NCBI RefSeq assembly: GCF_009914755.1
Contig: NC_060928.1
DNA: 64,000 bases
Direction: 5' to 3' (one strand)
Source: the human T2T-CHM13v2.0 reference genome, Homo sapiens
This document shows, piece by piece, positions 10,957 through 24,831 of the stretch (positions are counted from its first letter, which is position 1; every line of letters starts with the position of its first letter). Position numbers and translations under genes: made by a program. The notes under the pieces are model-generated. The model worked only from the letters and a program-made list of their open reading frames with translations, was not told where the DNA came from and did not search any database.

Positions 10957-12639
10957 AAGAATGAGTTTTCTAAATTCTAGCATAAAATAATTGCTTAAGA
11001 AAGATTTGGAAGTCATTGATAAAGCTGCAGATTATGGTCTCTGTTCTAATCTCAGTTCTGTATAAAATATTAACTTGTCTGGAAGATACTAGTAATTAAT
11101 CTGTTTAAAATATTTCACCTGGGACTGCCATTTTATTATAAATACACAAACGACATTGCAATTCATTTTCCATTTTTATCGGCTAAATAAAGAAAAATAT
11201 TAGCCAGCAATGAGAAGATTGGGAATTTAAAATATCACTTTAAGAAATATTGTCTGTACTGGCAAAACAAGTTTTACGAAGAGATGTGAACACTTTTTAA
11301 AAGCTTTTTCACAGGATCATATTAACTGCCAGGAAGTTTTGCCAAACAGATTTTAAGGGGAAAATCAGGCTATCCTAACTGTCCAAATGTTTTCTCACGT
11401 TTCAAGCAAGCAGCTGCTGGAAGTTCCTGCCAGTAGTAAACCTTTCAGGCAGAATGTGAGCAGCTGCCAATCTTGTGTCAATATTTTAAACACACTTAGA
11501 ACCATCTTAACTGGTGTAAAAAATTTCTCTTTCCCCCAAAAGGGCCAACAGATATCTCTTTTTGATGCTTTGCCTTCTTTTACTCTTCTAGAGGTGACAT
11601 AGCAGCAATTTTTGTAGAAAAAGATTTTTCTGGAATATTGGGAATAAGAACAAATTTCAATTTGTCCATGGACAAGGACAAATCTGAAATAACAACACTA
11701 AAAAGAACATAAAAAATTGTAATCAATGAATAGTTCAGCAAATATTTCAGTGGTGAATTTTAGTGCTATTACCAGAGCTTAAAAAGAAAAAAATAATCAA
11801 AGCCCAGAATTTAATCTTCGGAAACTTAAGATCAGGGTTGGCAAAGGCAAGAAATAACTTCCTAGAAATCAGTTCGAAGGGATCTATTAAACTGGGAATA
11901 ATTGTCTACTTGACTCTTACATTATAATACAAAGTTTGTATTATAATCCCTGGTCTCAAGAAGTTATTTTTAAGGTAGATGAGAATCAGAGTGCATGGTA
12001 TTATTGCAGAAGTGGATTAAAAGGATAAAAATGGCAGAAGATTGTGCTTGAGACCTGATGAGATGAATTTTTGTTTCCTAGATTAGGTGGGCCTTTGATT
12101 TTATTGAAAGGGTGATGATGGGCAATAATAGAGTTAAAATGATGAAGGAGAGAGGTGGGGGAACAATAAGACGAGACCAGTGTGTTAATAAGAGACCATG
12201 AGTTTGTTTGGAGAGTGAGAATTCACAGAGACCAAAGAAGGTGAAGTGAAAGGCTACTACTAGTGGAGCCTTTGAAGCAAATGGTTTATAATTGGTTCTG
12301 TCTTTATGCTTTTATCTAAAAAACTAGGTATTGGATTTTTTTTTTAATTAAAAGTTGAACAGTGTGTGGAACTGAGCATTATTTACTTTAATCTTTCATT
12401 TTCTCTTTTTTCCTTGTCTTTCTATTTAGACTAAAATTCTTTTGTCATAGATGTTTTTAAAGATTTAACTTCACTCCTAAAGTTTTGTGATATTTTGATT
12501 ATTCAGGTTCAAAATTGCTAACATTTTTCATTATGCATATTAATATTTTAAAATACCCAGAAAACAAAATTCTAACTCATTATTCATTTTAGATTGAGAT
12601 ATAACTATAAAGTAGTGTAATTTTTAAAAACCAAGTACC

Positions 12640-12915
12640 CGAGTTAGAGTAATTAATGCAAATAAGGCACATTTTACAAGTAGTCATCCTGGAAAGCTAT
12701 ATACTTATTCCAGTGATGAAGATATTAATGAATCATTTTTGAAACATTTCAGTTGTATTGTCTTTATAATCAGGAATGGATAAGAAAATAAATTTCATTG
12801 CTTTGCTGAAAACTACATGGACTATTTCTTTCTGTCACTTCACCTCATCGGGCTTGGCTTCAAATATATTAGGACTTTCCAAAAAAATGAAATCCATTCA
12901 CAAAAGACGACAGTA
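12640..12915. mobile_element. MARNA-like ancient mariner fragment
   Basis: AAGTAGTCATCCTGGAAAGCTATATACTTATTCCAGTGATG and TTTCCAAAAAAATGAAATCCATTCACAAAAGACGA resemble recalled MARNA segments. Confidence 0.55.
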
Positions 12916-13119
12916 TACTATTAAATATAATATAGACATCATTGACACCTCCAAAACGTTAGTGAATTAATGAGTAGAAATATCAACTCATGTGACTATC
13001 CAAATTTAGAACCATTGTTGATAGAATTAACACACCAAACATTTGCTTTTTGGAAGAGTGGTTTGGATAACTAATTGCAAAGTAGTTTTACTTTCAAAGA
13101 CTGGGAGATACAATGCCTA

Positions 13120-13320
13120 CTTTGAAAGCCCAGTTTTAGCCATTACCAGCTGTGTGGTTTTCAGTGGGCAAATCACTTCATCTTCCTGTATCACAGTTTA
13201 TTCTTCAGTAAATTGGGAATAATAACCTTATAGGTTGTAAAGATTGATGACTTAGTGCATGCGAAGTGCTTAGAATGGTGCCCTGCACATGGAAAATATT
13301 ACCTAATTGTTGACACTTAA
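13120..13320 (+). mobile_element. MIR SINE
   Basis: GCCATTACCAGCTGTGTG...GGGCAAATCACTT...GTAAATTGGGAATAATAA...AAGTGCTTAGAATGGTGCCCTGCACAT. Confidence 0.85.
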
Positions 13321-15514
13321 TAAGGTGATACAGATAACTCTGGATTTGCCAGGTTTTTTTTTTTCTTCACTAACAAAAGTAATATTAAATGGCCTTTAAA
13401 AATGTTTTTACCTGAAACTAGCTGTGACAGAAACGGTTTCTGGAAAATATCATTATGTGACTAAAACTGTCATTTTTTTAATTGTTTGAAATCTTACACT
13501 TTTGTAATAAAGAATAAGTGGTTAGATGTTTATACATTGTACATTTCAGGTGGCATCATTAAGTGTCTGAAAAGTGGGATTTTTAAAGTTAGTACAGCTT
13601 TCCCTCTCAGGATTTTAAAATGTTTCTGCGTTCTCAAACATTAGTGGTGAATTTATGAGTGGTTTTACAGACTCTCTAGTACAGTTTGATTACTTCATTC
13701 TATTTTATAAATACCAAAGAATGCACACCAATTTTGAATGGTTACACAAAACACAAATCTGACAGAAAAATGAAGCTGTATTAAAACTTACACAAATCAC
13801 AATTTAAAGATACACATTTAAATACAACCCAGAATCTCTGTCCTATTCACAAGGCATCCTGTTCAGTATTAGGAGATAATAGATACCTTGTTTTTTCAAG
13901 GGTGTGAACATGTTTATTCTCTGACTTGGGTAGCAGCTGTGACTGCTGTGCACAGATGTGATAGCACTCCAGGTAAATGAGAGATACAGTGTTGCTTGTG
14001 TAGCAGCTGCTGATAATTGTAGAATATTTGTGCAGTAGCCCACCTATGTTGCTTTTCTGCTGATTCATAGAGGTAAAGACTTCATTGTGTGGATTGGTTT
14101 TCCCTTCAGGTAATTGATTCAATCTTTGTTTCTCATTTTGTAGTGAAATGCATTTGATTTTAATCCAGTAGTTGTGCAATTCTCAAGGGAATACACACCT
14201 TGCTATTGTAGATGAAATTCTCTCTATGTGTTTAAGATTGTGAGGCTTTCAGCCTCTTTGTTTATATTATTGACTAAAGTGATTACATACCAACCTTTAG
14301 GTTATGCTACTAAAAAACAAGCTCCTGAATGGCAGCAGGCAGTGAGGAGATGCTCTTTTTTAAAAGGTAGTCTTTATGCCTGAGGTTTTGTACTTTATGC
14401 ATTCTTACCCTTTAACTGTGTGTGGAGGTTTTCTAGCAAAAGTATCCCTGTCATGTTTTTTTCCCTTTCTGGTGTTTGTTTTAACTTTCACATTTTCATT
14501 TTAGGAGAAATTGATTGGGTGAGTATGTAATTCATGTGTGTGTGCGTATTGTGTGTTTTTGTGGTTTCCTTGTGATAAAATGCTTTTGTAGTTCTGATCA
14601 TGTCTGTTTTAACAAGCTCCTAAGGGTTTTGATTGGTAAAACTTTTCTTGGGTGTCTTCTCATTGATTTTGATCTCATAAATGAGTGTTACTCATGTAGT
14701 GAATGCTTGCTAAAATCCCAGAGCAGCATGGACCATTGATAGGAAGGTTCTATCCATCTTAAGATAAGAATCACCTAAAGTGATTCTGATAGTCCTAGAA
14801 GTGAATCAATTTAGACAGTGTAACACTGGTACCTGCCTTAGAATATTCCTATATGTTGTCTTTGGAGACTACTGCTCAAGATATAGATAAAGAAAGCAGA
14901 GTCCTGGCTTATATTTATAACTAATTAAATTGGAAGAGAAGACTGTTTTATTCAAAATCAAACATCTCATGTTTTGTTATTAATCATAAGCCTGGTGCCT
15001 TGCATAAACCATTTGCAGGAATAATTTGAAGCACTGAATTCTTTGGAACAGCAGATTTTGCAAGTGACTTTTTTTTTTTAACTATTTTGAGTCTATAATA
15101 AATAAGATACACTATTATCACAACACTTAAATTGTGAATATCTTCCTTGGAAGAATGAATTTCAGTCTAGATTGAGGCTTCTCAGTAGCAACACACATGT
15201 ATTAAGAGTTTCTACATTATTATATCATTATAGAAAATTTGTAGCATCTTGTACCTCTTCCAAAAGGAGTTCAAGTTTAAAGTACTAAAATAACTGTAGT
15301 ACATATGGTGTTGTGGAATGGGTTGTAAAATCAGTGAGGCTTCTGTTTATATAAGTAGATGTAGTTGCTGTAGGAAACACTGGAGTTGGAGGGTCTGGGG
15401 CAAACCTTTTCTAAATGGACTGGCTTTTACTCAGCTTCAGTGATTGTAGCCTTGAGGAAATTTGGGTTCACTCTTCCTAGAACTTCTGATTTTTTAAGAG
15501 AAGTAGAGTATCTA

Positions 15515-16389
<875 letters not shown>

Positions 16390-16551
16390 TGTAAATTTCC
16401 ATGTGAACTTTCCTAGTTTTAAAACGATGGCTACTAATTCAAATTTTTGCTTTTCGATATTTATTTAATGATGCCTGGCTCATAGATGAGCAGATGTGCA
16501 ATATCTTTCTGGAAAAGCTTTCATTTCTCCAACTCTAGGATTAGCCTGTGC

Positions 16552-16765
16552 TTTAAAAAACTGAGACACAATTAATAGAAAATAATATGCACACCTCTTA
16601 AGTGTTCTCTTTCATCATTTTTGACAATTTTATACAACTATGCAACCACCACCCCAAACAAAATTTAGAACATGTCTCTCACCCCAGAAAGTTATCTGTT
16701 GCCCTATTCCAGTCAATTCATCATTCCTTCACGTGTGCAACCATTTTCTAGAACTTTATATTATA
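16552..16765 (-). mobile_element. Old L1 (L1MB/ME) 3' end fragment
   Basis: ATGCACACCTCTTAAGTGT...TTTTGACAA...TGCAACCACCACCCCAAACAAAATTTAGAACAT...CACCCCAGAAAGTT. Confidence 0.75.
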
Positions 16766-17234
16766 GAGCAAAGAAATTGTGTCTTTACACCAAATGAAGC
16801 CCAAGGGCTACAGCTACCATTGGCAATCTCCTGCTATAAAGCAAAATAAAATGTACTATCCTTTTGGATGGGATGAAGAGAAGGAAAATAATAATTGTTG
16901 GATGTTTTTTGTGCACACCACTTAATTTTATTGAATCCCTGTGTGTAAAAATTTCTGTGAGTTTCAATGCATCATGTTCTAAATGCAGGAATTGAGGCGC
17001 ATAATAAATAGGTGACTTGCCCAATCTTAAACAGCTTTTAGCCAAAATGAAAATGAAAAATCAGACCACAGTTTTCCCGATTACTTTTTCACTACTATAA
17101 GACTGGAAAGATATTTTGAAAATTAATATAATAATGAAAAATGGTTATTACTACATGATTATGACAATATCTAAAATATTTGACTATATTTTAGTTGACT
17201 AACACAATTCTGAGATATTATGTCTAACCTTATG

Positions 17235-17375
17235 TTCAAATTTGTGAGGTAATTTTTTATCACTATTTCACAGATTTCACAAAATAAATGTCAGTGTTAG
17301 TAAGTACCTTGCCCAAATTCACGTAGCAAATGAATCATGAGGCTGAATTGAAACCAGGGGCCTTTAACTTTAAAG
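17235..17375 (-). mobile_element. MIR fragment
   Basis: TTTGTGAGGTA...ATTTCACAGAT...AAGTACCTTGCCCAAATTCAC...GAATTGAAACCAGG. Confidence 0.65.
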
Positions 17376-20300
17376 ACTTTGTTTTCATAAAATTACTTTT
17401 TTAAATTATATTTTACTGTTGTAAAGTACTGATTTTTATTTTGAAATAAAAATATTTTTAATATGTTATTCACTCTGTGACAGATACGTTTGTGAATTGC
17501 AAATATCAGCTAATGAACATGAAGTATGAAAGTATGCAAACAATATGGATGTTTCAAAAAGTATCAGAACAAAATGGATGAAAAAGATATGTTTTGCATA
17601 TAAATGTAATATAATATGAAAAAGTAAAACCAATGTGAGGTGCATTTAAGGTAGATAGCAAATTGTACTGAAGGATGAATTCTGTAATCCAGTCATTGGA
17701 TAATTAGCAATTTGAGTTTTTGTCCTGTTGGTTGGAGGCTGAATAGTATGAATTAATCATATTCTCCCTCTCTGTCATTTCTCAACTAATTGGAAAATTA
17801 AGATCATGTTGTCATTTTTAGATTGTTAAGACTGATTTTAAAAATGCTAGTTGCCTCACAAAGCAGCGTTTCCAGCTACATCCCCCTAAAATGGTCTCGC
17901 CTGCTTATTTGTCCAGGAAGAAGCTGGAGAATAAAGATCTCTCTGAAAACAAGAGCAATACTTGTCCTAGTTACTGGCCACTTGGGAAGAAAAAGTTGCT
18001 TATGAGCATGCAGACCTATGAGAAAGGGAAAGGACCCAGAGAAGGGCCTCACCCTGGAGGGGTGACGATCATGCGTTAGCTGTTCCACCCAAAATGAGTA
18101 TGACTTACTGAAATCTAGTTTCTTAGCAATTCTTCCACTCCTTTGAGAGAAGCAAACACCAGGAGGAGGGAGGGAAAAGTCTCCCACCCTAACACTGTTC
18201 CTGAGAATGGAAGGGTTGCTGGAAGTACACCAGCACTTCCCTGGAAGGGTGACAGTGAGAAGAGAGGAAGGGATAAAAGTATCCTCCCTGTATTAATTGT
18301 TGCTCATTTTTGTCATACACTTGAGGTTTCAGTTTGAGTGACAGGAAAGTGTTTGTGTGTGCATACTTTAGGTGTTTTTAAGACTTCCTTAGGGCACACT
18401 TACTATGCCTAACCTATTTGTTCATTTGAGTCTGCTGCTAGTGTGTTAACTCAGTCTGGCACCGTAACTGCATCTGAAATTCACAATAAAATAAAAACCA
18501 TTAGTAAAGGCATCAGTCAGTAATAAAAATAAAGTCTGCAAAGCTTGTAGTTTAATTAAAAATGGAGGCTGTTGAAACTGAGAGATTAATGGAGTCATAA
18601 AGTAGAAAAATTAAAATGCATACGTAAAATGGGATGGAATGATAGTCCTGGAGATATACCTTGTCTTAAACAGGTCTTTGAAACCTTCTCATCATTAGTT
18701 TGAAATTTTGAAGGTCATGAAGTTAAAGAAAGAAGAAAGTGCACAATCAGCTTGACTGAACTAGTGATAGGGTTTTACAGTTTACTGTCTTATTTTAAAA
18801 ATTAGTACCACAGAATATATGATACTATTTGGCCACTTCATTTCATTTTTTCTTTCTTTACAATAAGGTAATATATATGTTTGGCAAGTTCTTCAATTAT
18901 ATTTTTGCTGCACTTGTAGACAAAAGAATTACCTTCGCATTATATGATTTTAAAGTAAGTTTCAAGAGATCAAAATTTACTTTGAGTCATGAAAATATAA
19001 AGTTTTAGATGTTACTAATTTCGACTTAATTTTCTAGAGGGCAGAAAATGTTAAGAAAGAAGGGAAGTCACATCTGTTCATTACTTTTTGTAAACCTATT
19101 TGAATTCAGTAAATTAAAAGATGGCTTTGTCTACTATGTGGTTCAATATCCGAGGTCAGGACATCTGGTACCCTAATTTGGTTCTCCCCCTGTTATACAA
19201 TGGGGATTTGGGTCAAGTCATTTAAACACCTTTTTCACTCCCTCTATCAAGCCTCTACAAATTAAAATGCAGCTTAGTAACCCCTGGAGTATGTTACAAG
19301 CACCTTATTTACTCATTGCATATGTGTGAAAACTACCAAGACAATTACGTCCACCATAATATTTTTCTGTTGCTGTGTAGCAATAATCATCTATCATACT
19401 AAAAAATCTATTTCTTATGTATACAACTTTCCTAATAAATTATCTATAGTATAGTAAGCTTTTCACTTAAGAGCCAGAATGTCATGCTTTAAAGAGGTTG
19501 GAAGGAAAGAGAAGATAGATTGCTGATGAGTCATTGGTTTAGAGTCTTAATTTTTAGATGTGTTCACCAATGGACTTACAGTAGATGGACATTCTCCACA
19601 AAAATCTCACTACCACTGCCTTCCACCCAAAAAAGTGAAAGATAGGATTTAGTTGTTCCATAAATCATCTTTCCAAGAAAGCGAGCTGTTCTTGCAATAG
19701 GATGGCAGATGGAACAGCTTTTTACCAGTGGGGGGTTTTGTTCTTTGCTGCCAAAGATATTGAGGAAAGAAGAAACTATGCTAATTTATCTATTTTTCTC
19801 CTTTGCAAGCAACTTTACATGTATAAGGAACTCACTCACTCATTTTGAGGTCTAAGTTATTATTTTTTGGCACTTGGCACATAGTACAACTGTGTGCTGA
19901 ATGTATATGCACTGTTTAACCTTTAAACATTAGATATAAATGCAATATACTATTAAAGGGTCTTCTGCTTGTTGAATTTCAAAAAGTCATGAGAAGGTTA
20001 AGATCTAGAAGACATTCCAGATAGTCTCTCTTGATGCCCACTTTCTGAGATCATGTGCAGAATATGAAAGCTCTTATAAAAATAGGGACTTTATTTCCCC
20101 TAGCTGAAACCCAATAAATGAAAATATATAAAATGGGCCAGGTTTCATTCTGATTAACCACTCAGTGATTATTTATTTATTAAATAGCCATGTTTACGGA
20201 GGAATAGAGCGCTTAGGCTCTTGGTAAACTCTGCCCAAAGCATTGATTTCTGACAGATGCACTGATAGTTTTACTGTCTTTCCTGACTTTATATAATGAG

Positions 20301-21019
20301 TGTTTAAAGGCAGACTGTTTCCTGTCTGTGAAGAACAATACCGATTTTCCATGTTTTGCCAAGGGCATGGGTTATTCCAGGATGTAGTCAAGTGATCAAT
20401 CCATTGGGACACACAATTATATCCTATGCTTTGGTGCGTTCAAAGAGAATATTTTGGAAGAATTATTAGTTTTCTCAAGCAGTCATATGTGTATTGAAAT
20501 TGCAAGATCAAATCCAAAATCCTTTGAGCTTTTATTTGGAATAAAGATACCATGTGAAAATGATGAGCACCCTCATTACAGTTACTACTTTCTAAGAAAC
20601 TCTTTTTCATACCCTGTAAGATCAGTTTTTTTTTTTTTTTAAATTCCTTTGTTCCCTTTCCTTTCATCTGCTGCTTTTTACTTGTCCCACTTCAGGGGAA
20701 GATAATTGAATCACCTCCGGCTGAGTGCTTGTGGACCCTATAAATTTAATGCCTCTAAATAAATTATGAATGTTACAGAGAAGTTAGAAAGAGTGGAATG
20801 GATATATTCCAGTCTAGGTTGTAGTTTCAGATGATTAGTTAATATCTTAGGTGCCTTATATTGCTTTGATAGGGAAAAAAATGGATATCTAGATCTTAGG
20901 CAAGGACATATTACTTTGTGCCAAATTTCAACTCTAGGAAAAAAAAAAATCTAATGTTTTCTGAGCTCCTCATCCTGACTGCTGAGTGATGCTGACAAAA
21001 ACACAAACAAAATCCTAAT

Positions 21020-21408
21020 ATTTTTAGTATATTATTCAAGATAGTATAGACTATGCTGCAGTGACAAATAAGGTATTAACACCATAAAGTTTGGTTTCTT
21101 GTATTCAGTACATGACAGATCATTTTCTTGGGTATCTCTTCTCCAAATGGTGATCTGTAGACCAAGATTGTTTCCATTTTGTTGTTATTCCTTCTGGAAT
21201 ATATGGCTTCTACAGTTGCTGTGGACGTATTAGAGACCCAAAATACTGGGAGCTGTATTTGGAAGGCCAGGTCTGCTCACATTTTATAAGCCAAAACTCA
21301 GTCATGTCATTTGCAACCTTACTGCAAGGGATCTGGGAAGAGTAATCTTTTCTGTGTATTCAGGAAGAAGAAACAATGTGATGAACGGGCTACACTGTCT
21401 CTGCCATA
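21020..21408 (-). mobile_element. Old MaLR LTR (MLT1I/J/K type)
   Basis: AGATAGTATAGACTATGCTGCAGTGACAAA start; ACTGCAAGGGATCTGGGAA...CAGGAAGAAGAAAC; ends GTCTCTGCCATA. Confidence 0.7.
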
Positions 21409-21659
21409 GTTAGTGCTCCTATGAACTCACATAATACAACCCATGCTTTTGCCCTCAGTGGCACTGTCAAATAATGTTACTCACACCTAACTACCTTATG
21501 TGTCTTAGTGTTCATAACACATCATTTAAAATTGAGAAGCTGAAGAATGAAGTAGGAGGACTGACAATACCTGACTTCAAAAATTACTGTAAAAGCACAG
21601 TAATCAAGACTGTGGTATTGGTGAAAGAATAGTCAGATTCTTATTGTCAAAAAAGCCAT

Positions 21660-21970
21660 GCTTAGGGTAATTAAAATACTCTGGATGATACTACAGTGGT
21701 AGATTCACATTATTATACATTTGTCCAGACCCATATATATTTGTACACAACCAAGAGAAAACTGTGATAGAAACCATGGGCTTCAGGTGATAAGGATGTG
21801 TCAATGCAGGTATATTAATTGAACAAATGTACCACTCTCATGTGGGATGTTAATAATGGGGGAGGCTATGCATCTATGGGGCAGAGGGTATATGAGAGAT
21901 CTCTGTACCTTCCACTCAGGTTTTCTGTGAAGCTAAAACTGCTCTGAAAAAAATAAAACCTTTAAAAAAA
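21660..21970 (+). mobile_element. L1MC1-type 3' end inserted in the host L1
   Basis: ACAAATGTACCACTCTCATGTGGGATGTTAATAATGGGGGAGGCTATGCA...CTCTGTACCTTCCACTCAGGTTTTCTGTGAAGCTAAAACTGCTCT followed by an A tail. Confidence 0.8.
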
Positions 21971-23415
21971 TAAATGGAACAAAATAGAGAGTCCAGAAAT
22001 AGGCCCACAAATATAGTCAACTGATCATTGACAAAAGTGCAAAGGCAATTTAATAGGGAGAGGATAGTCTTTTTTAACAGCTGGTGCTGCAATAACTAGA
22101 TATCCACATGAAAAACATAAAAAATGAGTCTAGACACATACTTTACACCTTTTGCAAAAATTAACTCAAAGGTGGATCAAGACCTAAATGTAAAGTGAAA
22201 AACTATACATATCCTAGAAAATAACATATGAGAAAATCTAGGTGACCTTGAGTTTGACAAAGACTTTTTATACACACAATCACAGTCAATCCATGGAAGA
22301 AAAGTAATTGATAAGTATAATTTCATTAAAATTAAAAGCTAGTAATGAAAAATCTAGTCATATCTGGGAGAAAAATATTTGAACAACACATATCTGATAA
22401 AAGGCTTATATTTGAAACATACAAAAACTTCTTAAAACCCAATAAGAAAACAATCCAATTTAAAAATTGGCAAAAGACTGGAATTTACAACTCACCACAG
22501 AAGATATACAGATAAAAAATAAGCATACTTAACATTATATGACATTATGGAATTGCAAGTTAAACAACAAAATACCACAACATACCTTTTAGAATGACTA
22601 AAATCCAAAACACCAACACCAGCAAATGTTGGTGAAGATATGGAGCAACAGGAACTGTTACTCATTGCTGGTGAGAACGCAAAATGGTACAGCCACTTTG
22701 CAATATGGTTTGACAGTTTCTTACAATACTCTTACCATACTATTCAGCAATTGTGCTCCTTGATATTTACCCAAATGAACTGAAACCATATGTCCAAACA
22801 AAACCCTTCACATTAATGTTTGCAGCAGCCTCATTCTTAATTGCCAAAACTTGGAGGCAACCAAGATATCTTTCAATAAGTGTATGGATAAGCAGACAGT
22901 GGTATATCCATACAATGGTGTGTTATTCAGAGATAAAAATAAATAAGCTATGAAACCACAAAAAAAGACATGGGGACATCCTAAATGCTTGAAATGTAAG
23001 CATTAAGTGAATCTTACATTGCTTAGTGAAAAACCCCAGTCTGATTCCATACTGTGTGATTTTACAATATGACATTTTGGGAAAGGCAAGCTATACAGAC
23101 AGTGAAAAGATCAGTGGTTGCCAGAGGATCATGGGGAGATGAAGAAAGATGAGCACAGGAGATTTTTAGGGCAGTGAGAGTACTCTATATGGCACTGCAA
23201 TGGCTGATACATGCCACTATACATTTGTTAAAACCCATAGGATGTACAACACAAAGAGTGAGCCCTAATTTAAACTATGGCCCTTAGTTAACAATGTATT
23301 GCTATTGGCTCATCAGCAGTAAAAAATGTACCACAGGAATGAAAAATATTAATAGAGGGAACTTTGTGTGTGCCCATGCAGGGGAGAAGGCCAGGTATTA
23401 TATGGGAACTCTGGA

Positions 23416-24024
23416 CAGTAAGTCCTCACTTAATGTTGTCAATAGGATTTTGGAAACTGTGATCTTAAGCGAAAACAATGTATAACACAACCAATTTTAC
23501 CACAGAGTAAGTGATGTAAATAAAAGTTAAGTTCCTACAGCATATTTCTAGTCACAAGAGCATTACCAAACTTCTAAATTAAGACCCCCAAATACTTCTA
23601 ATGTTAAACATTGAAATAAATGTAAACTATACATACATTTAAGAAAGATTAATAAAAAGAAGTACGGTGGTTTTTTACAAAATGATTTTAGTTCCGGGTC
23701 TTAGGTGACCAGAGCCTAACCTAACAGGTCAGAGCACAGACGGGAACGAGCCTTGGCCAGGACACCATCCCATCGCAGGGAGCACTCACAACGATGCCCA
23801 CACTCACTCAGACTGGGAACCTATAGACATGCCAGCTCTCCTAACGTGCACATCTTTGGGATGTTGAAGGAAAGTGGAGTACCCAGAGAAAATCCAGAAA
23901 CACAGGGAGAATGTGCAAGCTCCACACAGACAGTGGCTCCTGGCAGCCGGGAACTGATTATTTTTCTCATCAACATTTTAATGGAATAACATTGAACAAA
24001 ATGACATTTTTCAAGGGACTGCTG
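23416..24024 (-). mobile_element. MER6A (TcMar-Tigger)
   Basis: TIRs CAGTAAGTCCTCACTTAATGTTGT and TTCAAGGGACTGCTG+TA; about 609 bp; internal GGAGAATGTGCAAGCTCCACACAGACAGTGG. Confidence 0.85.
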
Positions 24025-24101
24025 TACTTGTCTTTTTCTTTATTAATAAACCCATCTAGCACAAGCTGACTTTGTTTTATCTGAGTATACCTACTTTGAA
24101 G

Positions 24102-24400
24102 TTTTTTTTTTTTTTTTCTGAGATTGAGTTTCGCTCTTGTTGCCCAGGCTAGAGTGCAATGGTGCGATCTTGGCTTACCATAACCTCCGCCTCCTGGGTT
24201 CAAGCAATTCTCCTGCCTCAACCTCCTGAGTATCTAGGATTACAGGCATGTGCCGCCATGCCCGGCTAATTCTGTATTTTTAGTAGAGATGGGGTTTCTC
24301 CACGTTGTTCAGGCTGGTCTCGAACTCCTGACCTCAGATGATCCACCCGCTCGGCCTCCCAAAGTGCTGGGATTATAGGCGTGAGCCACTGCGCTGGGCC
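24102..24400 (-). mobile_element. AluSp/Sq
   Basis: GAGTTTCGCTCTTGTTGCCCAGG...GCAATGG; TSD CCTAC(T/C)TTGA. Confidence 0.93.
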
Positions 24401-24554
24401 CCCTACCTTGATTTTTACCACTGATCCCATGCAGTGATCTTATGGATGCTTTAGCTCTGCCACTCATGGGAGGTAAAGTCTTCATCATCTTGCTGGCTCG
24501 TTGAAAAGTTTTACTAACACAGTTGCAGTTGATTCTATTAGTTTACTTCTGGCC

Positions 24555-24776
24555 CAGTGATTCTCAAACCCAAGGTTTATTGCCCTTCTGGAGACATTTG
24601 GCAATGCCTAGAGATACTGTTGGGTTGTCACAACTTGGGCTGAAGGTGGTAATACTGGAATCTAGTGAGTACAGTTCAGGAAGGCTGCTTAACGTTCTAT
24701 AATGCATAGGACTGCCTCCCACAACAAAGAAATATCCACTCCCAAGTGTCAATAGTCTTGTGGTTAAGAAATTATG
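24555..24776 (+). mobile_element. MER20 (hAT-Charlie MITE)
   Basis: CAGTGATTCTCAAAC...GACATTTGGCAATGCCTAGAGA...TTGTCACAACT...ATAATGCATAGGACTGCCTCCCACAACAAAGAA...GTCAATAGT. Confidence 0.9.
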
Positions 24777-24831
24777 TTTATTAGCTATTTTTAATGGTTG
24801 GTTGGAAATTGAATCTATTATCTGATTATCT

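Larger units (their letters stand above)
21525..24060 (+). mobile_element. L1MC2/3-type LINE (ORF2 3' part plus 3' UTR), interrupted by an L1MC1 3' end and MER6A
   Basis: GGAGGACTGACAATACCTGACTTCAA...CAGTAATCAAGACTGTGGTATTGG; resumes at 21971 with AATGGAACAAAATAGAGAGTCCAGAAATAG; 3' UTR AAAACCCATAGGATGTACAACACAAAGAGTGAGCCCTAAT. Confidence 0.9.

Noticed and set aside
17823-18337. Overlapping 60-103 aa ORFs in unique sequence
   Set aside because: There is no recognisable domain and no convincing splice-site pair; this is consistent with a locally higher-GC non-coding stretch.
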